DNA of 63,329 nucleotides, counting the filler, from Nemertoderma westbladi (Eukaryota; Animalia; Xenacoelomorpha): assembly GCA_032718475.1 (NCBI GenBank). It is 4 parts of 4 records of this genome, joined end to end, with 100 filler letters (N's around TTAATTAATTAA, not from the genome) between each part and the next. Parts side by side here need not be neighbours in the genome. Positions count along the whole stretch, not along the records: positions 32,299 to 53,905 come from JAUCBJ010003557.1; positions 54,006 to 63,329 come from JAUCBJ010004284.1; 2 more parts are not named here. One strand, 5' to 3'. Below the pieces are notes generated by a model, which was given only the letters and a program-made list of their open reading frames with translations, was not told where the DNA came from and searched no databases. The translations under genes were made by a program, and so were the position numbers. Below are positions 49,954 through 63,329 of this stretch, one piece after another; position 1 is the first letter of the stretch, and each line of letters opens with the position of its first letter.

Positions 49954-51556
49954 TGACTGCCTGTCTTTCTGACTATCCGACAATCTGTCCGTCCAATATA
50001 AGAAAAGGACAGACCATCTAGCTAAAGGTTTTGCTTTAGGGGTTTTCCTGGTTGCAGAATGAATTTCGAGTGTCAGTTTTAACATTTGATGACTTCCAAA
50101 TTGTCTGTTTTTCTATCAGACTGTCGGTTATATTTTGACGGACAGACTGACCGGAACAACCACGCCAAATTTGAATACTGATATCAGGAAGGAAGTCACA
50201 GACCACGAAAACCCACAGGAAATTTTTTAGACAGATAATATGAATTCCATTGTTTTGGAGACATACTGAAGACCCCCTCCCCCTCCCCTCAAATTCAAAC
50301 TTTAAATGAAATAACCTTACTAAAAGTAGGCCTATGAGTTAGAAAACATGATCTATACTGTATGTAGTTCTTTTCATGACTATATGATATTTGTTTTGCA
50401 TACCAACTACTTAAAAATATCTATTGTATCTAGTAAATAGTTAAAGTTGCGGTTATTCTTTTGCATACAAAAGAAGTTGCTATATTGTTAGAAATATTTA
50501 ACTATACTTAAAAGGTTATTATTTATTTGTATGGAATTAATTCGCACTGCCAAATCTTCAGAGCGACATATTTTCTAACTTCATATCGCAGTGCGACATT
50601 ATTCATCACTATGTCCCTACGCAATACATTTACTATGAATATAATCGGCATTCGAATACACACTATAAACTAGAACTTACAAAATAAATTGGGTCAGAAT
50701 CGAACCAACGGGCTTTACATTAATAAACCGACGCGTTATCCATTTCACTAATTTTGTGGGACATTAAAGTGTTAATAATTAACATGTAATGCATTCATGT
50801 TACAAGGTAGTTCTGGAGAGTTTATGTGCATAATTACAAATAATTCCCCACAAATAAATAAAATTAGATTCGCCATTTTGTTCATTAATAGCTCTTTAAA
50901 GCTTTTACGGCGCACGTTTTATTATTTCTCGCCATGCAAGGATTCCCGGTAACGCAATTTGAATTTCTTCGTAAAATGGCTGATATACTGTACTGTAGGT
51001 GTTCAAAAGTTGCATGGTTTTGCACTAGCACTTGCACACGGTTCGGTTATGTTATTCTATTAAATAACTGCACAATTTTCTAGAACATTTTATGTTTGAA
51101 TATCTTCGTATTTGTAAGATTAAAGAGGTAATGTACTGTATTGTTGCCCAGCTACGTATAGGATAAACAAAATGTTCCAGAATATGGTGTATTTATTAAA
51201 TTGAATAAAATAGCCTAGCAAAGATGCAAAACCATGATATTGCACTTCTTCATATGTGCCCAAAATTTCGTATGTTTTCCAAGAAATTGATTTTTTTGTG
51301 TTTCTATTTTAGATTTCTGGGGCAATGTGGCAATTTTAAAAACAACACAGTTAATTAACTGGAAAATTTAAATTGTATAATTTATTTGTCCTCTACGCCA
51401 TAAGCTTGCGGTTCCCCACAAAATATATTTAATTAAATTATGATTCCTTATTACTCCGATACTTCTGTAGGCGTACTGTATTTAATATTTATGTCATGGT
51501 ATACCAGTGTTTCACGATTAAAATTAAACTACTGCAAAATCTAAGAGCGTTCAAAG

Positions 51557-52024
51557 TTATAGTCTTAATTCCATCATGCAATGCGGGATATTCGCTTTAA
51601 TATGTTCGTCTCCTTTAGCTTCGAAACCGAGTCTTTGATAAAACGACATTGCCGAGGTCATTGATTGCAATCGGACTCTATCGAGTCCTCGTTCTTTCGC
51701 CTTGGTTATTAGGTATTCTAGAATCCTTGTACCAACGGACAGACCTCTATACTGCCGTAGAACCGCTATTCTGGCCAATGTCCCATCGCGTGTCATTCTC
51801 GCTGTGCCCATTGCTGTTCCGGTATCCCGGTCCACAACCAGCACGTGATCACACTCCGGGTCCACTCCGTCTTTCTCGATCGATGGATCGACTTCCCTCT
51901 CGATTTCGAACACTTGTTTCCTAATAGCTTGGCATTTATCCACCAACGTTTGATCCGTAGCCCAATCAACATCGATAATACGTAAATTTTCCATACTTTT
52001 GCAATAGTTACGCCTACAGTACAT
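51557..52024 (-). CDS. GNAT N-acetyltransferase, ElaA/YjcF-like
   Basis: IRKQVFEIE..V...EKDGVD..CDH, GTARM, RIAVL.QYRG.SVG, FYQRLGF...G......IPH..M; start may be the Met at 51994. Confidence 0.88.
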   Translation of the reverse strand: MYCRRNYCKSMENLRIIDVDWATDQTLVDKCQAIRKQVFEIEREVDPSIEKDGVDPECDHVLVVDRDTGTAMGTARMTRDGTLARIAVLRQYRGLSVGTRILEYLITKAKERGLDRVRLQSMTSAMSFYQRLGFEAKGDEHIKANIPHCMMELRL

Positions 52025-52544
52025 AGAAATCTGGTAGGGTCTAGTCTATTATAAAGAAGAAAATAATTATTTCAAACATCAATGGTAATAAACCGCAATT
52101 GAATGTACAATATACCGTATACAGTCCAGTTTAATTATTACATAAAGTGAATTGTTACACTTTCCATGTACTATGTACTGTAGTGTCAATGTATAATAAA
52201 TAGGTATTTCATATTGTATTTCTGTAGATGTTTGCTGATATGGAAATTATTTACATTTGTAATGGCCTATTGGCTTTTTACCAATTAAAACGAAATATTA
52301 GTATTATTAGTTGAAATGAAACGAAATATAATAATAATGCAAACATAATGCAAATGCAGTAGAATTATACCTATTGTAACCTAACTAACATTATTGGGAA
52401 CATCTGTGCTGGCTGGTTAATTCGAGCAAATTGTAGGCCGACTGGCAAAGTTTTATTGTAAATCATACTGCTACTGTTCTCTCTCCCACATTGCTGGATG
52501 TAACATTTAGCAAATATAATAATAATTAGTGAAACTGTTATTAT

Positions 52545-52785
52545 ATTGCTGAAATTGAGTTATTCCTAATCTTTGCTGGTTTACTGCAAGGCGAAACATT
52601 GTTGGTTCCAATGCTATTCACAATTGAATTGGATTACGCAATGAGGACAGCTGGTGAAGATCTTGGGTTACTACAAGAACGTAACATATATCCGGCAAAG
52701 AGTCACACAGACACCAATTTTGCAGATTACATGCTTTCTAATACGCTAGCAGATGCACAGCTTCTATTGAATAAAGTGGAGGGAT
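52545..52785 (+). pseudogene. Degraded RTE family A RT fragment
   Basis: AGLLQGETL.P.LF, LDYAMRTA and LSNTLADAQLLLNKVE match the ORF at 16560-17636. Confidence 0.8.
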
Positions 52786-54552
52786 TCGCATTTTACACAT
52801 TTTTTTTAAAATGTCGGTGTATTATACTGTATTATATATAATCTAAAATTATATTTATTCATTGCAGGACTGGTTGTGTCAACTATCGGCCAACTAAGCC
52901 TACCCTTAAATACTTTTGCCTCACTTTGTATTCAGGTTTGTTATTTTATTCGGTTTTATTCTTTAAACCGATAATCGGTAATATAGCACAATAAGCAAAT
53001 TGATAATCTATATGTATTAATATCATCATTAATATCAATATTTTCAATATTTACGTCCAAATTCTTAAAATACGCCATTACATATTGGGAGTGAGATACT
53101 CTCAATGTTTAATGTCCGAATTGAAGAATTTGGCACGTTCTCGGACTATTGATTTATCCCCCCCCCCCCCCCCCCCCCCCCCCCAACCCACCCACCCTTC
53201 CACAACGGGAACCTTACGATTCTGCACTTTACAGTACTTTTGCAGTGACACGGCAGCATAAACGCAATGCATAATAATATGTTGGCACTCAATAGCCGTA
53301 ACTTAGCAACCCGATAAAACACATGTTAATACTAATTGAATCCAAGCACTGGTAACGTTAATAATTGTAAGATATTAATATTATATGAAAAATTTTAAGA
53401 GAAATATGACTTGTGGGATTCGTGGCCTATAAATATACGTAGTAATTTTATTATAATTATTCAATAAACCAAAATTAAATACTATGGGGAGTGAGAAACC
53501 TCTTACAGATATTCCGGATACGTTGAGATTGAGTCCTTTGGACAACATTTACGCTAGTACTGTTCTGAGCGATACGGTTGATCAGTTAGTCATATTGGGT
53601 CGAATCCAACCCTCAACGCTTGAAGGTCGCTCTGAATCCCACGCTGTGGCATCCAATGAGATATCGGGCAATCGTAGACACTCAACGAAACCTGGAGAGC
53701 AAGTTCGAGGCTCTTGTGGATGAAAGGCATGGGGCGCAGTTGGAAGGTGGACATCAAAAGTCCCAGCAAGCAGCTCAAAATACCAAAGAAATCAGTAATG
53801 TTACAACAGACATAAAGAAAAATCATGTTGCATTCGCAAAGTCTATGCTTCAAAGTCCGCTTTCGGGGGATATCATGCAAAAAACGCAACATGATAGGCA
53901 TAAAANNNNNNNNNNNNNNNNNNNNNNNNNNNNNNNNNNNNNNNNNNNNTTAATTAATTAANNNNNNNNNNNNNNNNNNNNNNNNNNNNNNNNNNNNNNN
54001 NNNNNTAATGGTACCACTACGCTAAGGCTCACTCACTTCGTGGCTCGCCCCACATGTAAACAATTAACCACGTGTGTATTTTTTACATACCGTATGCTAC
54101 ATGCTCTACCTGACAAATAGATCACGAACAACTTTTATGTATAACAATCATAGTAACAATATTATCCTACCTCTGAACTTTCAGAATTTTTCCAAAAGCG
54201 CCATACAATTTATAAACATTTCACCCGTTCAATTTCACAAGGCAAATTTTCTATCCCTCTTTTAAATCTTACATCATCTCAATGTCCATTGATGTTTCGT
54301 GGCCCTAACATTCGGAACTAACATTTATAGCTCAATTACAAGTAAAAACATTATGGAATTCGGTTCTAATCAAAATTATAAAATTAAATAATTAAAATAC
54401 CAATACAAATTATTATGATATATATTTTTTCTAAATCGACATTTTTGTCATACTAAAGTAAAATCATCCAATTACAATAACTGCTTATGATGATGGATGG
54501 TTGATGTTTATGTTACGTGTCAAGTGTGATTTTGTTTTGTATATATATATAT

Positions 54553-55413
54553 AGACAAACTGGTATCTATGGTACGGTCAGCAGTACAGTCGGATGGTTT
54601 TTTGGGAATTATTAGTGTTTTGATGTTAATGGATGACACTGTAATTCTGTCATCAAGTAGGGCTAATGCTATCAGAAAATGTGAAGCTTTAATCAGGTTC
54701 TGTTCGGAATCGGGGATGGAAATAAATCAGAAAAAAACCGCATTTTTTGTTATAAATGGAATTGGTGCAAATAAAACCCCATTCCAATTTAACAATTTGA
54801 TTATAAATTATTGTGAAAGTTACGTGTATTTGGGGGTCCCATTCACAGCTGATGGGAAAGTTCGCAGCACCATATTTTTACATAAATTGAAGTGCCAGGG
54901 GACAGCAAATAAGTTCAGCATATTTTCATATGTGAATTCAAGTTTACCGTTCTTTCTAAAGAAACAGATATTTGACGCGGCGATTATGTCTGGTTTACTA
55001 TATGGTAGCGAGGCGTGGCTCTGTAGGAATACAAGTCAAATCGAGAAATATTATTCTAGAATGATAAAGTCTTTACTCGGACTTAGAACACAAACGCCGA
55101 CAGATATCTGTTTATTAGAGATTGGTGCTCCTACGAATAATTATCTTATTTCTCGTAGTAGGAAACGTTTTATGGTAAAAATGTTCAATAGAGTAGATTA
55201 CAGTATACCATTTTACAATGTGTTTAATTTATGTAAAAATGCCTACACGCCGGGATACCGTATGCTTCAACAGGGCGTACGGTTTCCAAGATAAGGCCGA
55301 TTGTTTGTAAGATATAAGGTCTAGAATTGTGGCCAAACCTGACAGTGCCACGAAATTTTGTACCTATAGGAGTGATATTAATTCTGTGTTGGAACCACAT
55401 CGATTGTATATGT
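54553..55413 (+). mobile_element. 5'-truncated non-LTR retrotransposon RT fragment (RTE/RTEX-like)
   Basis: LMDDTVIL, GMEINQKKT, YVYLG, LLYGSEAW, IKSLLGLR..TP; interrupted by the P-element. Confidence 0.8.
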
Positions 55414-55421
55414 GTCGTAGT

Positions 55422-58145
55422 CAAGGCGATCTGAAGACAAGGCCATGCAGCCCAATAAAATACGAAATTTGCTTAGGCTGAAGAATTGACTGAGTGGTAA
55501 TGATGTAATGTGTCAAATATCCCGGTTTTCTTTTCACTCACGATTATGTTAGATTGGTATGGCACCTTGAAACCCATATTTTCACCACCACTTTTAATTT
55601 TATTGTCGAGATTCTCTAAATTTAACTTTGAAAGTTAAAATGCTAAAATTTCAGCTTAAATAAATGATAGAAGCTGAATTATTAAATTTTCGAGGCTTTT
55701 CATTGAATTAATATATTACTATATACAATATACATATATACTACTAAAACTGAAACTAATTAAAACTAAAAATTGCATTATTAATTAAAATTCATTTTTT
55801 AAATTTAGCACATTTTTGGGGAACAGAAATAGTGTCATCAATTGTTTGTTTACACCAATTGTTTATAAAAATCTTGTCTAGAGTACAAAGTAGTTTGTCC
55901 GTATAGGTAACTCCATCCATAACATACGTATTCAAATATCGGAAAATATAAATCAGATGCTTTCGACACATCTGTTTTCGGTTGCTTGTAGTGAAAAACG
56001 AATAACAACACAACACGAAGGTATAAAGGCAATTATCTGGAACAGTTAGACCACCACGATTTATTGCATTGAAATATTCCACAATGGAACTAGAGTAAAT
56101 TGCTTCAGAATCAGAATGCGTTTTGGACTTGAAAGCACAATATCCCGCAACATAAAGTAGCACAGACTTGACAATTTCGCTTAAGTCATCAGCAAGCATT
56201 GGAGCAGTGTCCACAACATCAAGTTCGGTTTTAGTTATTGGCAGAAAGCAATATATATACACACTGATGTTCTGATTGTCCAACTGGCTTATCTGGTAGT
56301 GCATGTACAGAGCTCAATATCTGAGCACAGCTCTTGGCTGTATATTCTAGAACTTGTTGAGCACTCCCATAATAACAACCACCAAACGCCTGTCTAATTT
56401 TGGCAAAAAATTCCTCAATAATATCGCTTTGAAAGAATCCAGTGATGACCAATTTATGTGTATAAGGTGATGGCATGTCTAATAAATATCGAATCAAATG
56501 ACACAAACATTTAGTTGGATGTGTATGCTGCTGAAGAGGTTTCTAAAGTCAGACACTTTACGCGACTTTTATTAGACTTAGTCTTCATTGACAGAAACAT
56601 ATCTGCAATATCAGAAAGAAATTGAAGCCGTGGATCATCTTTGGAGTCAAAAGCATAGCGAGCAGCATCGCGAAATCGATGCCCCATTGAAACAGCTTTG
56701 ATGTTAACAATCTTCAACCACTCTGATATCAGTTCTACAAAGCAAACAGTTCCTTCAGATGCATAGCGACCATTATTAACAGGAAACGTCTGAATAGCAC
56801 CCAGTGTTTTTTCTGATAACACTTTAATAGCCAACTTGACGTTTTGTCTTTGAATTTTCTGGGGTTGGACAGCAGATAGTGTCAAATCTGATGCGCGTAC
56901 TAGAGCCTTAGAGTCTATAGTATACATGTCTACCAAATCTTTCCATACAGCCAACAATAATCTATGAGTTTTATCACGAATATCATAAAATGATAGCTGT
57001 CCATTATATTCAGTGTACACGAAGGCACTTTAATATATGAACAAAATCAAATAAAAGGAATACAGGCCATCTGGGGTCAACAGGGTTGTCAGCAAACCAT
57101 GGTTGGTTGGGGCTAGGCTTCGTAAAAAAATCAAAGAAACTACGGTTGACTGAATTATTATCATTTTCTATCACAATGGTTACTCCTCCACAGTTCATTA
57201 TATCACTCATTACATTTCGAACGTTATCAAATTGAAACTGCGAGTCCAAAGCAGAACAAGGTATCATTCGCACAATAAAACATGGACCACCAAATAAACA
57301 CCTCACCATAATGGCTAAAGCAGTTGTGGCCAATTTACCGGGATTATTTTGTGCAAAACCAGAAACAGTACCCCCCTGATATTGAATGGATGGTTTAATA
57401 TGTATCTCATCGGCAACAATCAAACATAAATGTTGCCGTTCTGCTACACGAGATAATACAGACTTCATAAATTCTGTATCGCTCTGACTAGAAACTGCTG
57501 AAGTTAAATTTCGCAATAGTCGAATACTTGGAAGAATTAATAATTCGCGAATTTCTAAATAAAGTTTAGTGGATATGCAAAACCATGAAGATGCCTGTGT
57601 TATATCTTCTGATGTGTAAACTTGGCCATTTCGTGGAGTATTAAGAAGCTCCACTTGTCGCCACAAAAAAATCCACTTCTTGTCTAAAACATTGGAATTA
57701 TCGAATTCCAGTAAATCCAGTTGACGCAATATCTCAGTCAACTCGGACCAGTATTGAACTTTATTGGGATAACGCAGAAAAGTACCGGTAAATCGAATCA
57801 GTTTCAAGTTCCTGTAAGCCACAAATGATATATACCAGTACCATTATCATTAATATTAAATTCAATAGTCCATTTAGGAACAGGGCCAGTTCGATTTCCA
57901 TGCATTACAATAACTTTTTGAGGGGACTGTACCGATATATCGCACTTATATTCAGTTTGAAAGCGATGTGTAATTTCCAAACTAAAGTCATGAGACCCAT
58001 TACATTTTATCTTATCAATTAAAAGAAAATCCTCGAGTTCATCCGGTAAGATATTCCGCGTTTCGACATTTTTTGTAGGTCGTGGCTTCGATGGAGGAGT
58101 TGGAATCATCGATGGAGGAACATTTATTGTATTTAGGTCGCCTTG
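55422..58145 (-). mobile_element. P-element superfamily transposon with frameshifted transposase and no THAP domain
   Basis: TIRs caaggcgatctgaagacaa / ttgtatttaggtcgccttg; 8-bp TSD gtcgtagt; motifs DEIHIK, DNNSVN, FDFVHILKCLR, QRQNVKLA, QSDIIEEFFAKIRQ..GG across five ORFs. Confidence 0.92.
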
Positions 58146-58513
58146 GTCGTAGTCCAGTAATACCGTGTTTTGCCAAGAAAATGAGGTACGCATGTGCGAA
58201 CGATGGTGCGTTGCGCATGTATTATTATCTAATACGTGCTACCTAACATGTTAACTAGCCCATGAGCAGGGTATTTATTACCAGTGCATGCAATAATAAC
58301 AAATAAGTACATAAAATATAGCAAACACATTTGCACACATGTTGGAAATTTTTGTATTCAAAATCGGTATGGGATTATAGTTAGTTAGAATCACGTATCA
58401 TTAAAAATTCATCAAAATGTAGCCAGAGCCACGTGCAGAACTATAAGAATAAAATATAGATTCAAGCGGAACTCTAAGTAGAAAATATAGCCATGGGTGG
58501 TACTCTACAGTAA

Positions 58514-61500
58514 GAACACGTTCGTGGGGCCTTCGCGCAGCACGAGGCCCAGTTATGAGATACAAATTAAAACTGAGCGACTGTATCACAAAATCAGTAT
58601 TTGAGAAATTTACCCACACCACCAATCAATTAAAGAAAAGGGTACAGAACGTGTTCAGCCTTTTTAAACTGCACCCCCCCCCCCCCCCCCACCACACTTC
58701 CCACCCACCAATACATAACCGCGACATCTTCCACCCACGGAAGGGTAGCACGAACTTATTTCCAATCGCACGTTCAATATGCAAAGCCAGGTGGTTTATA
58801 GGAATATACTAAACGCAGTACTCGTTTTCAAAATAAGCCTCGTTGCGTTCGTCCTGTTTTGTATTTAAATATATTTCTTAAACGCAGGCTAGGACGATCT
58901 TTATAATAATAATAACTAGGGATGCGATCAATGTGTGAAGCCAGGTGGTTTATATAATAATATAGTAAACGCAGTACTTGTTTTCTTTATAAGCCTCGTT
59001 GTGCTCGTCCTGTTTTGTATATAAATATATTTCCTAAATGCAGACTGACGATCTTTATAACTACCGATGCGTTCAATAGGCGCAGCCAGGTATGGTTTAT
59101 AGGAATATAGTCTATGCAGTACTCGTCTTCATTATATGCTCGTCGCTCGTCCTGTGTTGTCATAAAATATTTTTCCTAAACGCAGACTGACGACCTTTAT
59201 ACAGTTATAACTATGCGAAGTTTCGAAACTGTGCGAGTAACTGCTGATACATCTATGTGGAGATGTGTGATACAACGCCAACGCATCGTATGCCGATGTA
59301 GTAATATGGGTATTGAAATAATATTAAATCAATGTACACTCTTAAAGCTGCAGCGAAAAATTGTAGCTAATTTCCTTGGTTACATATAAAATAATAAAAT
59401 TATTTTTAAGAACATTAATTTTACTACTTTACAAAAATTCAATTAAAAAATAACCAGACAAATACATATACTATTCTATATACTATACGGAATAAACTAT
59501 TTCATATATAAGCCTACACAACAGCCATGCCATGGAGAGTATTTATGTTATTATACATGTATCTGTCATTTACCTGAGATATGAATACAACATTAAGAGT
59601 AGAGTCAATAGGAATTGGAATACAGGAAGGATGGTGGGATGTGGGATTTAAAGAATGCTGTCTGGGCTGGAATAGCAATACTGGTTGCCTATTACAATTC
59701 CTCTCTGGTTAGTCTACAGCCACAACTCCCAGCCAGCTAGCTCCACACCAGCAGAGACTTGACCAATAATCATTCCCAGCAACTGGCTGCCTTACACACA
59801 CATCCTTCCATCTATGTACCAGCATGTTGGCCAATAAATGAGCAGTATTTAATGAGAATCAATTTTTTATGCCGTTTTAATTACTTTAGATCAATTAAAG
59901 TCACACAATTATTAAAGCAAATCACTTGAACTAATTAAAAACTATAATAGAATGGAGTATGTGGATTACATCTGTATAATTTTTAAGTATAATTATTGAA
60001 GTCTTATACTGTAAAACAATTAATTTCCTTTAACAGGCAGGTTGAAAGTGCTGTTTTTACTGTAATCAATTTAATTAACTAATTAACTGCTATTATCTTA
60101 GCTTCTCGAAGGCCACACGAAAATTCAACTTGGAAAATTTCTAAACTTTTGCCAAACAACATGTGTACCAAGTTTGGATAGATTTCATCGAAGATTGGCC
60201 GAGTTATTAACGTTTAAAATTGAACAAGAACGACAGAACGACACGTTCGTGGGGCCTTCGCGCAGCACGAGGCCTAGTTATTAGATACAAATTAAAATTG
60301 AGCGACTGTATCACAAAATCAGGTTTTGAGAAATTTACCCACACCACCAATCAATCAAAGAAAGGGGGACAGTACGTGTTCACCCCTTTTAATCTCCCCC
60401 CCCCCCCCCCACCCTTCCCAACCACCAATACATAACCGCGACATCTACCACCCACGGAAGGGTAGCACGAACTTATTTCCAATCGCACGTTAAATATGCA
60501 AAGCCAGGTGGTTTATAGGAATATAATAAACGCAGTACTCGTTTTCATTATAAGCCTCTTTGCGTTCGTCCTGTTTTGTATTTAAATATATTTCTTAAAC
60601 GCAGGCTAGGACGATCTTTATAATAATAATAACTAGGGATGCGATCAATATGTGAAGCCAGGTGGTTTATATAATAATTTAGTCAACGCAGTACTCGTCT
60701 TCATTATATGCCTCGTTGCGCTCGTCGCTTGTCCTGTTTTGTCATAAAATATTTTTCCTAAACGCAGACTGACGATCTTTATACAGTTATAACTATGCGA
60801 AGTTTCGAAACTGTGCGAGTAACTGTTGATACATCTATGTGGAGATGTGTGATATGTGGAGATGTGTGATACAACGCCAACGCATCTTATGCCGATGTAG
60901 TAATATGGGTATTGAAATAATATTAAATCAATGTACACTCTTAAAGCTGCAGCGAAAAAATGTAGCTAATTTCCTAGGTTACATATAAAATAATAATATT
61001 ATTTTTAAGAACATTAATTTTACTACTTTGCAAAAATTCAATTAAAAAATAACCAGACATATACATTGTGGAATAAACTATTTCAGAAGCCTACAACAGC
61101 CATGCCATGGATGGTATTTATGTTATTATATCTGTCATTTACCTGAGATAGCAATACAACACTTATAGTAGAGTCAATAGGAATTGGAATACAGGAAGGA
61201 TGTTGGGATGTTGGATTTAAAGAATGCTGTCTGGGCTGGAATAGCAATACTGGTTGCCTATTACAATTCCTCTCTGGTTAGTCTACAGCCACAACTCCCA
61301 GCTAGCTAGCTCCACACCAGCAGAGACTTGACCAATAATGGGAAGGATTAAATTTGTACTCAATAATTGTGCGGTTTAATTACGTTTAGATCAATTAAAG
61401 ACACATTTATTAAAGCAAATCACTTGAACTAATTAAAAACTATAATAGAATGGCGTATGGGGATTATATCTGTATAATTTTTAAGTATAATTATTTAAAT

Positions 61501-62024
61501 CTTATACTGTAAAACAATTAATTTCCTTTAAAAGGCAGGTTGAAAATGGTGTTTTCACCGTAATCAACTTAATTAACTAATTAACTGCTATTATCTTAGC
61601 TTCTCGAAGGCCACACGGAAATTCTACTTGGAAAATTTCTAAACTTTTGCCAAACAACATGTGTACCAAGTTTGGATAGATTTCATCAAAGATTGGCCGA
61701 GTTATTAACGTTTAAAATTGAACACGACAGAACGACAGAACGACTTAATTAACTAATTAACTGCTATTATCTTAGCTTCTCGAAGGCCACACGGAAATTC
61801 AACTTGGAAAATTTCTAAACTTTTGCCAAACAACATGTGTACCAAGTTTGGATAGATTTCATCAAAGATTGGCCGAGTTATTAACGTTTAAAATTGAACG
61901 CGACAGAACGACAGGTTGATTAATGGTACCACTACGCTAAGGCTCACTCACTTCGTGGCTCGCCCCACAGGTTGATTAATGGTACCACTACGCTAAGGCT
62001 CACTCACTTCGTGGCTCGCCCCAC
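58514..62024 (-). mobile_element. Helentron/HINE-like element with nested tandem duplications
   Basis: Same termini as 8238-9512 in reverse; ~1.7-kb direct duplication (about 58514-60238 and 60239-61743), then ~175-bp and ~55-bp duplications. Confidence 0.75.
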
Positions 62025-62689
62025 AAAGCCAAAACGTGAAACTTAATGAAATTCACACTACCTCTGTACACATGCAATCTACAAAAAATTTTATTAATTA
62101 CTTTAACCTTCCCTAAAACTAACCCAAACTTTAAATTTAACACAAATATTAAATATCCAATGGATCCATATTCCTCTGACCTAAATTTCCTCTCAAACGA
62201 CAGATTAAAAGGCAATCAAATATATCTGAGATTATAATATTTAAATAAAAACGCATTTTCTAATATTTATACAGTAGTAGTGCTACTCGATTGTGTAGTA
62301 TGTAAGGCAAATAAATTTATTGGTGAAAGCAAATTGAAAAAATACATTATTATTATTATTGGTATCGGATAAATACAAATATGTTCGAAATTTAATAATA
62401 TAAATGTTTTTAATATTCGGAGCTAATGTAGGCAAATATATTTCGATTTATATTAAAATCATTATCAATAATAAGCACTATAGGTAGGTTGTAATTATGT
62501 ATGAAATTGTTTTAAGGGGGGGGGGGGGGGGGGGGGGGGGGGTAAGGGGCCCATCATTGTCAGTTACCGCATACTTACGGGAACCCTAAAGTACATAAAG
62601 AGGGGGTTCCCCTTAGGGACATTGTTGCATTCAATAATGCCCCTTGTGGGGGGATAGCAACTTTCGTAGCTAATATATTGGGATTTTAT

Positions 62690-63329
62690 TTACCCCAGGG
62701 GGAATCATATATAAGGAATTCGGAGGATTTCACTGACAAAATTAAATTACTGACAGTAGATAGTCGATTTATACAATGCAGTTTTGACATTGTCAATATG
62801 TTTGGGAACATTCCCAAGTATGAGGCCCGTGATGTAGCAATGACTATCTTATCACAAGATACAGAGTTTCAAGAACGTACTGGGTTAATGGTAGATACTT
62901 TCGGTACCTTATTAGACCTAGTATTACAACAAACTAGTTTTCAATTTGAAGATCAGATTTATCAACAAATTAAAGGCTTACATGGGGAACCCGGTATCGC
63001 CAGTTTTGATCTGTATTTTTATGTATAGTCTCGAAACAAAGGCCAAACAGCAAGGGTTTCTGCCCCCGGTGTGGTACCGCTATGTAGATGACACATGGAC
63101 CGTGATAGATCCCAGGGAGGTCAATGACCTGTTGGTAAAACTTAACGCTCTACATCCGGACATACAATTTACGGTGGAACATCAGGGGGAGGGGGGTTGC
63201 CTACCATTCTTGGATGTGTCCATTACTCTGGAGAGTGGCAGTTTCAGTAGTAACGTTTATCAGAAACCGACTCATTCAAACAGATATCTTAATTTTGCAT
63301 CGAATCACCACCCTCGCGTAAAACAAAGT
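62690..63329 (+). mobile_element. Penelope-like element RT, partial, one frameshift
   Basis: SYIRNS.DF, SFDIVNMFGNIP, FQFEDQIYQQIKGL/MGNPVSP, WYRYVDDTW, IQFTVE, LPFLDV, VYQKPTHSNRYLNFASNH. Confidence 0.92.

Noticed and set aside
53484-53905. Coding-looking stretch before the gap
   Set aside because: Two short overlapping ORFs with no recognisable motif, truncated by the gap; cannot be assigned.
56165-56200. Hammerhead-like CTGATGA...GAAA..GTC on the minus strand
   Set aside because: No proper stem II closing pair or stem I, and it lies within transposase codons (ADDLSEIV).

Overview
Repeat-rich genomic DNA from an animal, most likely an invertebrate, with three artificial 100-bp scaffold gaps. 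Host genes are the last two exons of a FAM81-like coiled-coil gene, a small single-TM ORF, MRPL18, TEAD/scalloped, a frameshifted C2H2 zinc-finger array, an IUNH nucleoside hydrolase and a bacterial-type ElaA/YjcF GNAT acetyltransferase; most have no obvious intron. The rest is layered mobile DNA: CR1-, L2- and RTE-like LINEs, a Penelope RT, a P-element relic with TIRs and an 8-bp TSD, a deleted LTR element and a related solo LTR, piggyBac-, Mutator- and hAT-type MITEs, Helentron-like (HINE) elements, tRNA-derived SINEs and several minisatellites. The most notable observations are: (1) a tRNA-type Pol III head fused to a minimal hammerhead ribozyme inside nested inverted repeats at about 48.5-49.0 kb; (2) a HINE-like element with seven CTCF-like motifs at about 146-bp spacing; (3) a 21-bp minisatellite that tandemly amplifies a splice donor; (4) transposon excision footprints, visible against sibling repeat copies, that cluster upstream of genes. 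Family names come from motif recognition by eye, not from database searches.
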